This document shows, one piece after another, positions 55,597 through 63,720 of a DNA stretch of 64,000 bases. Origin of the DNA: Klebsiella phage KP13-16; sequence record OP617741.1; one strand, given 5' to 3'. Within the stretch, counting starts at the first letter, position 1, and every line of letters starts with the position of its first letter. The notes beneath the pieces were generated by a model that saw nothing but the letters and a program-made list of their open reading frames with translations, searched no databases and was not told the origin of the DNA. The position numbers and the translations under genes were made by a program.

Positions 55597-55682
55597 TAGA
55601 ATCTCCCCTCGCTTCGCTCGGCACCTTGTAGGGTTAGGGTAGCATATTTTTCAGCGAAAGTCAATATCCCTGAGACATTTAT

Positions 55683-55958
55683 TTAAGGCAGTGGAAAGTA
55701 AATTGTGTTGGACTCGTAATCGTAGTAGTATTGTATTCCAGTTTCACGAGATACACGTAGCGCCAGCTTAACTCCTGCAATGAGTTTGTCCATTTCAGCA
55801 ATCTCTTTACGGAAGCGTGTTACTGTGTGAGAGAATGCACTATGTGGCACCCATTTACGGTTTACACGATCACGTTTGAAGTGACGGAAATCTTCAATGA
55901 CGTTATTGCGCTGTTTACGCAGTACAGCCATCAGGTGGTAATACGGATGTTTGTTCAT
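55683..55958 (-). CDS. hypothetical protein (family X copy 2)
   Basis: RNNVIEDFRHFKRDRVNRKWVPHSAFSHTVTRFRKEIAEMDKLI is paralogous to 52916..53299. Confidence 0.45.
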   Translation of the reverse strand: MNKHPYYHLMAVLRKQRNNVIEDFRHFKRDRVNRKWVPHSAFSHTVTRFRKEIAEMDKLIAGVKLALRVSRETGIQYYYDYESNTIYFPLP

Positions 55959-55969
55959 TATTTTACTCC

Positions 55970-56248
55970 TTACTTAGGGAACACAGAACCGGGGGTAGCT
56001 TCTTCCATTTGCAGAAGCTGTTCACACATACCATACACCTCTCCGTATGTGATCTCGGTTATACCTGTGTCGTCACAAATCATTTCACACAGTTTATTAA
56101 TGTCTATGCCACCGCAACGCTGCTCGGACTTACGCATCCCTTCACCTTCTTTCCAGTCAACTGGAGACTGGAGAAGAATCAGTTCTCCATTACCCAGTTC
56201 AACCAGGTAATCTGCAATATTTTCGCGTGGGGTATATTGTTCAGTCAT
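55970..56248 (-). CDS. hypothetical protein
   Basis: 92 aa, acidic, moderately GC-rich. Confidence 0.45.
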   Translation of the reverse strand: MTEQYTPRENIADYLVELGNGELILLQSPVDWKEGEGMRKSEQRCGGIDINKLCEMICDDTGITEITYGEVYGMCEQLLQMEEATPGSVFPK

Positions 56249-56670
56249 TTTATCTCCTTAACAAAATCAGATGCACGATCAAACCAGAATGTGCAATGTT
56301 TTTCAGTGGCTTCTATTAAAGCATCAAATGCTTCTTGTGTCAACTCCACAGGGGTATACCGATTTGGACGCTCATAGTATAAACCAGTATAAGTCCTTTC
56401 AAAGTCTTTCTGGCGTTCTTTCAGGCCTTCCACGGTTAAGCCTACCATATACCCATCCTGTTTACTACCCCAGCCTGCTTCAGATTCGATAACAGGGATA
56501 CAGAAGCCATAAAAACGCTCTGTATCGCTCTCCACCGGGTTTTTAGCAGAAGCCGCACCGTTTTCCCATCCCTCTTTAAAAATCGTATACAGCTTCTCGT
56601 AGAGGCTTCTATTCGAGCCTTCTTTGTATGGGTGAAGTTCTTCAAACTTCGCACGAATAGTGTTTGTCAT
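56245..56670 (-). CDS. hypothetical protein
   Basis: 141 aa. Confidence 0.45.
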   Translation of the reverse strand: MTNTIRAKFEELHPYKEGSNRSLYEKLYTIFKEGWENGAASAKNPVESDTERFYGFCIPVIESEAGWGSKQDGYMVGLTVEGLKERQKDFERTYTGLYYERPNRYTPVELTQEAFDALIEATEKHCTFWFDRASDFVKEIK

Positions 56671-56679
56671 AAAAGCTCC

Positions 56680-56814
56680 TTACTCCATTAATGAAAAAAT
56701 CAAACAAAGAATTTGTCCACCAATACAAATAAATCCTGCGGTAAGGTTATCAAAACCCCAAATGAAAACATTTGCTAAAATCATCAATAAAATATTAAGA
56801 CCAAACCACATCAT
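56680..56814 (-). CDS. small hydrophobic membrane peptide (44 aa)
   Basis: MMWFGLNILLMILANVFIWGF..., with RBS GGAGGTG. The upstream stop overlaps its start. Not in the supplied ORF track because it is under 60 aa. Confidence 0.3.
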   Translation of the reverse strand: MMWFGLNILLMILANVFIWGFDNLTAGFICIGGQILCLIFSLME

Positions 56815-57137
56815 TCACCTCCTTTAGGGATGTATTGCGGCATAGGCATGTATGCCACTACAGGCTCCCAGTCAAAGTAGAAACGACCATTAATCACTGC
56901 AAACTTACCACTACCACCCTGTACAACTTGGCAAACACCGTATTCCCCATCAGCCATGATGACAACCCAGTTGCCGAATGGCATGTTGTGGATACCATCA
57001 ACATCAATCCAAGGATGTTGTAAACTGTAAATCTTGTTTACGACCTCTGTGAAGTCTGGATCATACAAACCGAGGTCATGCGCAATGTTCAACAACATTT
57101 CTTTGTACAGTTCTTCACGTGTCATAGATTCAGCCAT
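56811..57137 (-). CDS. hypothetical protein
   Basis: 108 aa. Confidence 0.45.
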   Translation of the reverse strand: MAESMTREELYKEMLLNIAHDLGLYDPDFTEVVNKIYSLQHPWIDVDGIHNMPFGNWVVIMADGEYGVCQVVQGGSGKFAVINGRFYFDWEPVVAYMPMPQYIPKGGE

Positions 57138-57514
57138 TAGCGTACTTCCAAGCTTGGGATTAAGGTTTGTGGAGCAAAGATAACACGAGTGTGATCAACA
57201 CTCACCTGAGCACCATCAATTTGCTCAATGAAATAGGTGGTATCCGTAGAGAGTCCCATATAATGTTTCTTCACAGAACCGTTAGCCTTATCACGACAAG
57301 TGATGATCAGTGTACGATCAGTGCTACTGTTATCTTTCGCACAGTAACCTTCAATACGCATTAACTCTTTGTCTGTACGAGTGTTGATGAAGTGGGTGGA
57401 ACGCAACACTTCGAAGTTATCGCCAGCGGTGGCGATGTTACGACTTGCAACGTCAGCAGCTTGTTCACAACCAGCCAAACCCAAGCATAAAGCAATCAGC
57501 AGAATCTTTTTCAT
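57137..57514 (-). CDS. lipoprotein
   Basis: MKKILLIALCLGLAGCEQ combines a signal peptide with the lipobox LAGC. Confidence 0.6.
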   Translation of the reverse strand: MKKILLIALCLGLAGCEQAADVASRNIATAGDNFEVLRSTHFINTRTDKELMRIEGYCAKDNSSTDRTLIITCRDKANGSVKKHYMGLSTDTTYFIEQIDGAQVSVDHTRVIFAPQTLIPSLEVR

Positions 57515-57516
57515 TT

Positions 57517-57681
57517 TACTCTCCTTCTTTATTCACAATTTTGTAGTATGGAAGTTTCTTAATCAACTCTTCCGGTATACCGCTTTCAGACCAAGTGGCT
57601 CCACCGTCTGTAGAGGCGTAGCCCTTGTTGCCAACGTACTTACGCATGATAGCACGAAACATGTTTTGATAGATAGTCATT
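57517..57681 (-). CDS. small hypothetical protein (about 54 aa)
   Basis: MTIYQNMFRAIMRKYVGNKGYASTDGGATW.... It ends just before the lipoprotein RBS AAGGAG. Boundaries are good only to plus or minus 1 nt. Confidence 0.25.
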
Positions 57682-57753
57682 TACAAATACACCCACCAGA
57701 GAAAATACTACCATAACATTTCTCGCACATAACATCTTCAATAAATAATATTT

Positions 57754-58215
57754 TCATTTCTTCTTCCTCCTTTTAAGTTTGTTGTGACCACGACCTTTCG
57801 TGATACGGAAGTTGTAGTTCTCCTTCTCACGAGGCAGTGTAGGAGATCGTGGAGAGATACCTACCCAGTAGTCCATAGTATCAGCAGTGTAGCATCCTCC
57901 TGTGAACAAAGCAATAACCCTACCCTCTAGTGCAGAGTAATTGTCACATAAAACTACCGCTTTAACTTTCTGACGGTCTTTCCCCGTAGATGCTCCAATA
58001 ACACGCAACTCATCTTTTGTCTCACTTTCAAGAATCATCCATCCTTCATGCTGCCAATCATAGCCTTTGTCCCAACCAGCCATAGGGTAGCCATGCTCAT
58101 CGAAAATTTTACCATCTTCCATATAGAAGAACTCCTCGCTGGTAAAGTGACGGTTCTTAACACGTTTACCTTCACGCATTGCTTCTTGGGCTTGAGTCCA
58201 GGTTAATTCGTACAT
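57754..58215 (-). CDS. hypothetical protein with basic C-terminal tail
   Basis: Start moved to the internal ATG at 58215 (MYELTWTQ...), which follows the upstream stop as TAAaATG and has a GAGAGGG RBS. The listed 58362 start overlaps the upstream gene by 146 nt. Confidence 0.45.
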   Translation of the reverse strand: MYELTWTQAQEAMREGKRVKNRHFTSEEFFYMEDGKIFDEHGYPMAGWDKGYDWQHEGWMILESETKDELRVIGASTGKDRQKVKAVVLCDNYSALEGRVIALFTGGCYTADTMDYWVGISPRSPTLPREKENYNFRITKGRGHNKLKRRKKK

Positions 58216-58216
58216 T

Positions 58217-58456
58217 TTACCCTCTCTTTTCAATTTTAGTAACATTACGAGGCCAGATGATATCTCTGCTATTATAACTAATTGTATCACCTCCTCGGAT
58301 GAAACGATAGTTATTTCCCCACCCTTGTTCCCAAGCGAGGGCAACTTTAAAACGTTCACCATCTTTTGTTTCTATAAAGAAAGTTTCTTCATAATCTGGG
58401 TTGTCATAAATATTATCACAAGCCTGCTCTGTACCACTAAAATTCTTAAAATCCAT
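58217..58456 (-). CDS. hypothetical protein
   Basis: 79 aa. Confidence 0.45.
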   Translation of the reverse strand: MDFKNFSGTEQACDNIYDNPDYEETFFIETKDGERFKVALAWEQGWGNNYRFIRGGDTISYNSRDIIWPRNVTKIEKRG

Positions 58457-58458
58457 TA

Positions 58459-58893
58459 CTATACTCCTTTACAGAAGTTAACCACATCTTCATACGAGAG
58501 TCCAGCACGCTGGACCGCGTTCCGAATAGTTTCCTTTGCTGATTGAATGGCTTGCTCTTTTTCTTTCAAAAGTTGAGCGTTAGTTTTAACTTTACCAACC
58601 CAACCACCATAAGATTGCTGTCTGATTTCTGCAAACAGATGTTCTAATTCATTAGCTGGTTTAGCTATGAGTACTGGATTACCTACCTGAGTAATACTAT
58701 ACTCATAATATTCATTTTTACCAATACTTTTCAAGTACTTAATTGCATGTTCCGGGTTGTCTGCTTCAACATAGCCAAGATGCTTGATAGTACGGCCTTC
58801 GCAATCACCTTCAGTAGTTACTTTATAAATAGGCATCTTTTCTCTCCTCTTGTTTGTATGCAACAATCTTAGCAAACTGAAAATTAAAGTCAA
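58459..58893 (-). CDS. hypothetical protein
   Basis: 144 aa, the first gene of the minus-strand block at the divergent region. Confidence 0.45.
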   Translation of the reverse strand: MTLIFSLLRLLHTNKRREKMPIYKVTTEGDCEGRTIKHLGYVEADNPEHAIKYLKSIGKNEYYEYSITQVGNPVLIAKPANELEHLFAEIRQQSYGGWVGKVKTNAQLLKEKEQAIQSAKETIRNAVQRAGLSYEDVVNFCKGV

Positions 58894-58896
58894 TAG

Positions 58897-58924
58897 TTGA
58901 CATCAAATATTTTTAGAGTAAAAT
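58897..58924 (+). promoter_or_regulatory. sigma70-like promoter (TTGACA-16-TAAAAT) in the divergent intergenic region
   Basis: Consensus -35 and near-consensus -10. The predicted +1 falls after the ATG at 58925, so either that start codon is wrong or the promoter serves downstream genes. Confidence 0.4.
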
Positions 58925-59230
58925 GTGTGTATCTTAACCAAGAAAGCAGGTCAATCTCATAATGAGTACCTTTCAGGCATTTTGTATTCTTCTGATGCGT
59001 GTCGTGTGAAGCTGGCTGACCTTCGTCACAACATAGATATTCGTCGTTTAAAAGGTTTGCGAGAAAAAGACTTTGCAAGAATGCAAAAGTATCTTAAGAT
59101 GTACAAAACTATTGAGATGATGCTTGAATGGGATGTTTTGCATAGCCCAGCAGCTTACTTTTCTCTTGGGGATTATTATGAACATCGTGTTAGTCACATT
59201 GAGGAACTCTTGAATGATAAAGGCAACTAA
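58925..59230 (+). CDS. HD-domain fragment protein (RelA/SpoT-hydrolase-like KLADxxHN motif)
   Basis: VKLADLRHNIDIRRLKGL resembles the conserved KLADRLHNMRTL helix of HD hydrolases. There is no upstream His/HD metal-binding region, and an in-frame TAA lies at 58919-58921. Confidence 0.35.
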   Translation: MCILTKKAGQSHNEYLSGILYSSDACRVKLADLRHNIDIRRLKGLREKDFARMQKYLKMYKTIEMMLEWDVLHSPAAYFSLGDYYEHRVSHIEELLNDKGN

Positions 59231-59501
59231 AAACATTTCAGAAACTGTTGACGGTTATGGGATCATAATTGCTGTCCATGGTGACAATGAAAAGTGGTTA
59301 GCTTCTTTTGAGGAGGACGAAGACCGTAACATCCGTCTGGATGCACCAATCAAGGTTTTGCATCAAGTTGGTGAACAGAAAACATGCTTGAGGTCTTACA
59401 AAGAGTATAGTGTGACGAATGATCTAATAAAAATGCTTGACTTTGTAATTGAGTTGTTCGAAAATGCACCAAAAGACATCAAACGTGTACTTGCATTCTG
59501 A
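59214..59501 (+). CDS. hypothetical protein
   Basis: 95 aa. Confidence 0.4.
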   Translation: MIKATKNISETVDGYGIIIAVHGDNEKWLASFEEDEDRNIRLDAPIKVLHQVGEQKTCLRSYKEYSVTNDLIKMLDFVIELFENAPKDIKRVLAF

Positions 59502-59512
59502 GGAGAACTAAA

Positions 59513-59782
59513 ATGTCCATTGGAAAACTTGAGGTTGGAGATTTACTTTTAACACAGACTTATAGTGGGAAAGAGATTGTTGAGATTTGCCAGTACCGTG
59601 GAGAGACAGGATCTTTAATGTATACGCTTTATCATCCAGATTTACTGTTAAAATCAAATCTTGAACGTTTTGTAAAAGATACAGATTCAATGCCATACTG
59701 TATGAGTATTGTTCGTAAGAGTAACGCAGAAAAATATCAATATATTATTGATATGATTTTAAAAAGTTCTCAGGAGGGATAA
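59513..59782 (+). CDS. hypothetical protein
   Basis: 89 aa; RBS GGAG. Confidence 0.45.
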   Translation: MSIGKLEVGDLLLTQTYSGKEIVEICQYRGETGSLMYTLYHPDLLLKSNLERFVKDTDSMPYCMSIVRKSNAEKYQYIIDMILKSSQEG

Positions 59783-60249
59783 TGGCTATTCCAGATTATG
59801 CAGATCAACGTTCCTACAACCGTTTTCGTAAAAGTTTTGTAGGTAGTTTTCATGGTGAAAATGGCAGTAGTTATAGGATGTATTGGAGTCCTGAATGTAA
59901 CACACAACCAACTAAGATGGTCTTTAGCTCAGGTGCTCCAATTTGTGCATACTGTGGTCATGAAGGTTTACCTTTACAACCTTATATTGAAGAAGGTGAT
60001 TATCAGGTTTACGGTTATGCTTGTGTATGTAAAGGTGCCATGGATGAAGAAGCTTGGCAACAAGAACAAGCTACATTGATAAGCAACCATCAAAAAGAAA
60101 TGGAACTACTTTTAGAACGTAAACCCAAAACAAATCCTGCTGTGATTAAGGGTTTAATTAATACTCTGACTCGTCGTCTCCAAGAAGCTGAAACTTTAGA
60201 TGACGTCAACACAATCTTAGATAAATTAAAATCTATTCACGAAGATTGA
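59782..60249 (+). CDS. hypothetical protein (Cys-rich N-terminal half)
   Basis: 155 aa; CAYCGHEG and CVCKG suggest a possible Zn site. Confidence 0.45.
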   Translation: MAIPDYADQRSYNRFRKSFVGSFHGENGSSYRMYWSPECNTQPTKMVFSSGAPICAYCGHEGLPLQPYIEEGDYQVYGYACVCKGAMDEEAWQQEQATLISNHQKEMELLLERKPKTNPAVIKGLINTLTRRLQEAETLDDVNTILDKLKSIHED

Positions 60250-60275
60250 TTTTTATTTAAATTCAGGAGTTTATT

Positions 60276-60644
60276 ATGAATGGTTACTATGTACCGATTA
60301 AAGTTCAGATTGTACAAGATAAAGATCTGATTAAACAAGAGTTTGATTCCATTAACCCAGATGGGCGTTATAGTTTAAATGAGTTATTCCCTGGTGTTAC
60401 TTCTGGGAAATTTGTCAAAATTGATAGTTTCTTTATCAATGAAGATGATGAACAAATCCTTACTGTTTCTTTCTTCAGGGATGGTGGTCAAGGTACACCT
60501 TACAAAGAAGTTTTATGCAAACAAGAAGCAAAACTTTGCATGGACCACAGTAAACGTAAATTTTATATTGACACTCGTTTTGGTGTGTATTATCTTTCTA
60601 AAGGGGATTTAGACATCGTTCATAAGTTGAAGAGTAGAAAATAA
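60276..60644 (+). CDS. hypothetical protein
   Basis: 122 aa; RBS AGGAG. Confidence 0.45.
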   Translation: MNGYYVPIKVQIVQDKDLIKQEFDSINPDGRYSLNELFPGVTSGKFVKIDSFFINEDDEQILTVSFFRDGGQGTPYKEVLCKQEAKLCMDHSKRKFYIDTRFGVYYLSKGDLDIVHKLKSRK

Positions 60645-60865
60645 TGAATCAAAATACTTTTGTTTGTCCGGGAATGATTGTAAAACTACCATATAAGCTA
60701 GGTGATTCCGTAGTGTATGCTCACTGTGTAGTTGTTCAAGTTTTTAGGTATACAGTTGATATGGAAAATCTTAAAACACGAAATATTTTCCCTGTTGACA
60801 TTTCTTCACTTAGGCAACACGGTGAATTAATTGGCTATAGTTATAAGGAAAAATGGAATGATTAA
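60644..60865 (+). CDS. hypothetical protein
   Basis: 73 aa. Confidence 0.4.
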   Translation: MNQNTFVCPGMIVKLPYKLGDSVVYAHCVVVQVFRYTVDMENLKTRNIFPVDISSLRQHGELIGYSYKEKWND

Positions 60866-60952
60866 ACCTTTAGAGTATCATGGGACGAATAAACCTTACA
60901 CAGCAATGGATTTAATCCTTGCTAAACAAAAACTTATGAATGAGGTAAAATA

Positions 60953-61108
60953 ATGAAATTACTTATTACTGATATCCGTGCATTTGAAAATTACGGTGCT
61001 GCTTTATCCTGCTTAGGTGCATATTCTGTTGGTGATATTTTAGAATACAATGAACATATGCCAATCTTTGAAATCTTAATTGAAAGAGGCTGGGTGGCTA
61101 AAGTATGA
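60953..61108 (+). CDS. small hypothetical protein (51 aa)
   Basis: MKLLITDIRAFENYGAALSCLGAYSVGDILEYNEHMPIFEILIERGWVAKV. It fills the gap in the ORF track, and its stop overlaps the next start. Confidence 0.3.
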   Translation: MKLLITDIRAFENYGAALSCLGAYSVGDILEYNEHMPIFEILIERGWVAKV

Positions 61109-61302
61109 TAACTTTATCTGGTTGGGTTGTAGTTGCTACTTTGAATGGTAAGCAAGAAATAGACCAAGCACAAATTTATAAAACTCCTGCAGAATGTTAT
61201 GTAGCTTTGCATTGGCCTACTACTCAAGGAGATAAAGCTTCATATGATTGTTTTTATATTGAAGGTAAGCCCGTCAAATTAGAAGTTAAGGAGATAAAAT
61301 GA
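61105..61302 (+). CDS. hypothetical protein
   Basis: 65 aa. Confidence 0.4.
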   Translation: MITLSGWVVVATLNGKQEIDQAQIYKTPAECYVALHWPTTQGDKASYDCFYIEGKPVKLEVKEIK

Positions 61303-61493
61303 GTATTGTTAGCAAAGAGACACTTGATTATATTAAGAAAAAACGTTCAGATGCTTTAGCTAGAACCTATTATGAAAACAAATATCATAATGCAATGCGT
61401 GGTTTAGATTCAGCAATTGCTATCTTAGAGCAAATTGAGCATACCACACAAGGTTTGTCTATTGAGACTAAAATTACATTGAGTAAGGATTAG
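61299..61493 (+). CDS. hypothetical protein
   Basis: 64 aa. Confidence 0.4.
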   Translation: MSIVSKETLDYIKKKRSDALARTYYENKYHNAMRGLDSAIAILEQIEHTTQGLSIETKITLSKD

Positions 61494-61501
61494 GAGGAAA
61501 T

Positions 61502-61750
61502 TTGACTAAAGAAAATATTCAAGAGAACACTATTGACTTCTCTGCACACATCTATGATAGTCCACATTTTGATGCCTGGCGTTATTCAGTTAAAACTTCT
61601 CCAGATTTTCCTGATGTTGTCGTCCTTTCATATGAAGAATTTAATGAAAACTTAAAAGACTATGTAAGTAATGGTGAGATCTCTTTTGATCTTGAAACAT
61701 GGAATAAAATTCAACATGCTGTAGATGTTTTATTCAAAAACAATAAGTGA
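61502..61750 (+). CDS. hypothetical protein
   Basis: 82 aa; TTG start after AGGAGG. Confidence 0.4.
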   Translation: MTKENIQENTIDFSAHIYDSPHFDAWRYSVKTSPDFPDVVVLSYEEFNENLKDYVSNGEISFDLETWNKIQHAVDVLFKNNK

Positions 61751-61758
61751 GGAACTAA

Positions 61759-63111
61759 ATGAGTAAAGAATTTGTTATTGAGACTGTATTAAATACATTT
61801 AAATATGAAAAAGCTCTTTTCAAAGAGTGTAATATGATGATTGCAGGCGGTGTTTTTACTTCCCTTTTTACCAAGAAAGAAGTAAATGATGTTGATTGCT
61901 ATTTTCGATCTAAAGCTGATCTTGTTCGCTTTCTGAATTATATTTCTGAGTACGGCGATAATCGTTTTTGTATCTCTATTACTGATAAATCTGTGACGTT
62001 GGTTGGTGGAAGTGTACCAATTCAATTGATCTATTTTAAGTATTTTGAAGATCTTCAAGATGTTTTCAACACTTTTGACTTCACAATCTCAATGTGTGGA
62101 TATGATTTCAAAACTGAAAAACTAGAATATCATCCTGATTTCTTTAGTGATTTATCACAACGCCGTCTGAGTTTTAATAAAAATACAGCATATCCTTTGG
62201 TTAGTGCTTTACGTGTAAATAAATTTAAAGATCGTGGGTATCAGATTTCTCGTAGTGAAATGATTAAGCTTCTTTTAACTGTTTCACAGCTTGAAATTAA
62301 AACACCCCGCCAGTTTATTGAGCAGATTGGTGGTTTCTATGGCAACAGTGCTTTGGCTGCGCTTTCCAAACTGGATGATAAAGATTTTGATCTTGAAAAA
62401 GGTCTGAAGGTCTTGCATGAATCTTCTGAAGGAAGTAACCCAGAAATCAATAAAGTTATTTCTAAACCTAACGAATCTAAGCTTGCTGTTCATCAACTTG
62501 CTCGCTTGATTGATTCAGATAATCCATTAGAGGGTGGTTGGTATCGAGAAGATAATGTGGCCTATTATAAATCTAAATATGGTCGTCATAGTATTCCTTT
62601 GGATATTGCTTTGCTGTTTGCACCTCAAAATGAAGTCTTTGAAAATGTAAACCCAGAAGAGCCTACTAGTGGAATGTTTTATAAATGGGTGCATAAAACA
62701 GAGAATCCAAATATCTTTAAATCTATTCACCGAGATTCTTTCTTATACGAACTGGGTAAAGATGCCGTAGATGAGCAATCTGGCTTATTCTTCTGCAAGG
62801 ATACAGATATTAAAGACCACTACTTTGCAAATCGTGAAGGCGTTGTTATGTTGATGTGTCTTGCAGAAATTAAAGATCGAACGGCTCACAGATCTAATGA
62901 ACTTCGTTTCACTAAGGTTAAAGTTCTGAGTGTTGTTAATGAGCCTTATGTCAAATCTCCTGACCTGTCTACTGTAGATATTAGTAGTAAATTTAATATC
63001 AAAGTCTCAGAGAATCATTGTCGAAATGAAGAACTGGATTTGGAAGATTTGCCTGAAGAAAATGAAGGGAGTACTGTTGAACCCCTCAGTGTAACCGGAC
63101 CAGTGTTTTGA
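61759..63111 (+). CDS. Pol-beta-superfamily nucleotidyltransferase-like protein
   Basis: AGGVFTSLFTKKEVNDVDCYF fits the G[GS]-x12-DxD pattern, with a downstream acidic residue (FDFTISM). 450 aa. Confidence 0.35.
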   Translation: MSKEFVIETVLNTFKYEKALFKECNMMIAGGVFTSLFTKKEVNDVDCYFRSKADLVRFLNYISEYGDNRFCISITDKSVTLVGGSVPIQLIYFKYFEDLQDVFNTFDFTISMCGYDFKTEKLEYHPDFFSDLSQRRLSFNKNTAYPLVSALRVNKFKDRGYQISRSEMIKLLLTVSQLEIKTPRQFIEQIGGFYGNSALAALSKLDDKDFDLEKGLKVLHESSEGSNPEINKVISKPNESKLAVHQLARLIDSDNPLEGGWYREDNVAYYKSKYGRHSIPLDIALLFAPQNEVFENVNPEEPTSGMFYKWVHKTENPNIFKSIHRDSFLYELGKDAVDEQSGLFFCKDTDIKDHYFANREGVVMLMCLAEIKDRTAHRSNELRFTKVKVLSVVNEPYVKSPDLSTVDISSKFNIKVSENHCRNEELDLEDLPEENEGSTVEPLSVTGPVF

Positions 63112-63248
63112 TAATCAAAAATTAGCGGTCTAGAAAGCAATATGAGAGGTTTTTAGAGAGAAGATATCCGTATGGGTTACTTTAAACTAAAACCTCTCAA
63201 AATCGTTTCTAGGTGTCTTAAATTTGATCTGTAGTTTTAAAGGAAAAT

Positions 63249-63533
63249 ATGAGACGATTAACAGATAGAGAACAGATAGAATTCCTTATGGCTTACTTAC
63301 CTTCTGTAGGACATACAAAAGGTACACCATTTGAAGAGGCAACTCTTACTCTGGATAGTGGAAGACCTTTTGACATCTACTCTATGAAAGAAATTTTAGA
63401 GCTTTTGCACCATATGAACATAGTTGCTGCAACAGGTGCTGTATCACCCACAGATAAATTTGTTTATATTTGGTTAAAGCATCATGGAATTATTGATGCG
63501 TTTTCTTACCTAAATGAACATATAAATAGTTAG
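63249..63533 (+). CDS. hypothetical protein
   Basis: 94 aa. Confidence 0.4.
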   Translation: MRRLTDREQIEFLMAYLPSVGHTKGTPFEEATLTLDSGRPFDIYSMKEILELLHHMNIVAATGAVSPTDKFVYIWLKHHGIIDAFSYLNEHINS

Positions 63534-63720
63534 TAACCACTATACCTATATGTTGTGTGTTTTGTCTTTTACAGACACTATAAAAGTCATGAACTTTGAT
63601 CGGGCTGGAAGCCTTGGTATCTCTGGCCTGGAAGCAAAACAGTATTAGGATGGAGTATAGTACCCTCCCAGAAATTATAATAATTATAATTAATCATATT
63701 AATATTAAGTAAGGAGTTAG

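Noticed and set aside
58216-58362. Listed 202-aa start at 58362 overlapping the upstream gene by 146 nt
   Set aside because: An internal ATG at 58215 directly follows the upstream stop (TAAaATG) and has an RBS.
58890-59078. Minus-strand 62-aa ORF at the strand-switch region
   Set aside because: It overlaps the + strand HD-fragment ORF and the divergent promoter. The + strand gene has at least a recognisable motif.
60857-60952. 31-aa ORF between 60865 and 60953
   Set aside because: Too short and without a recognisable RBS to call. It may simply be spacer sequence.
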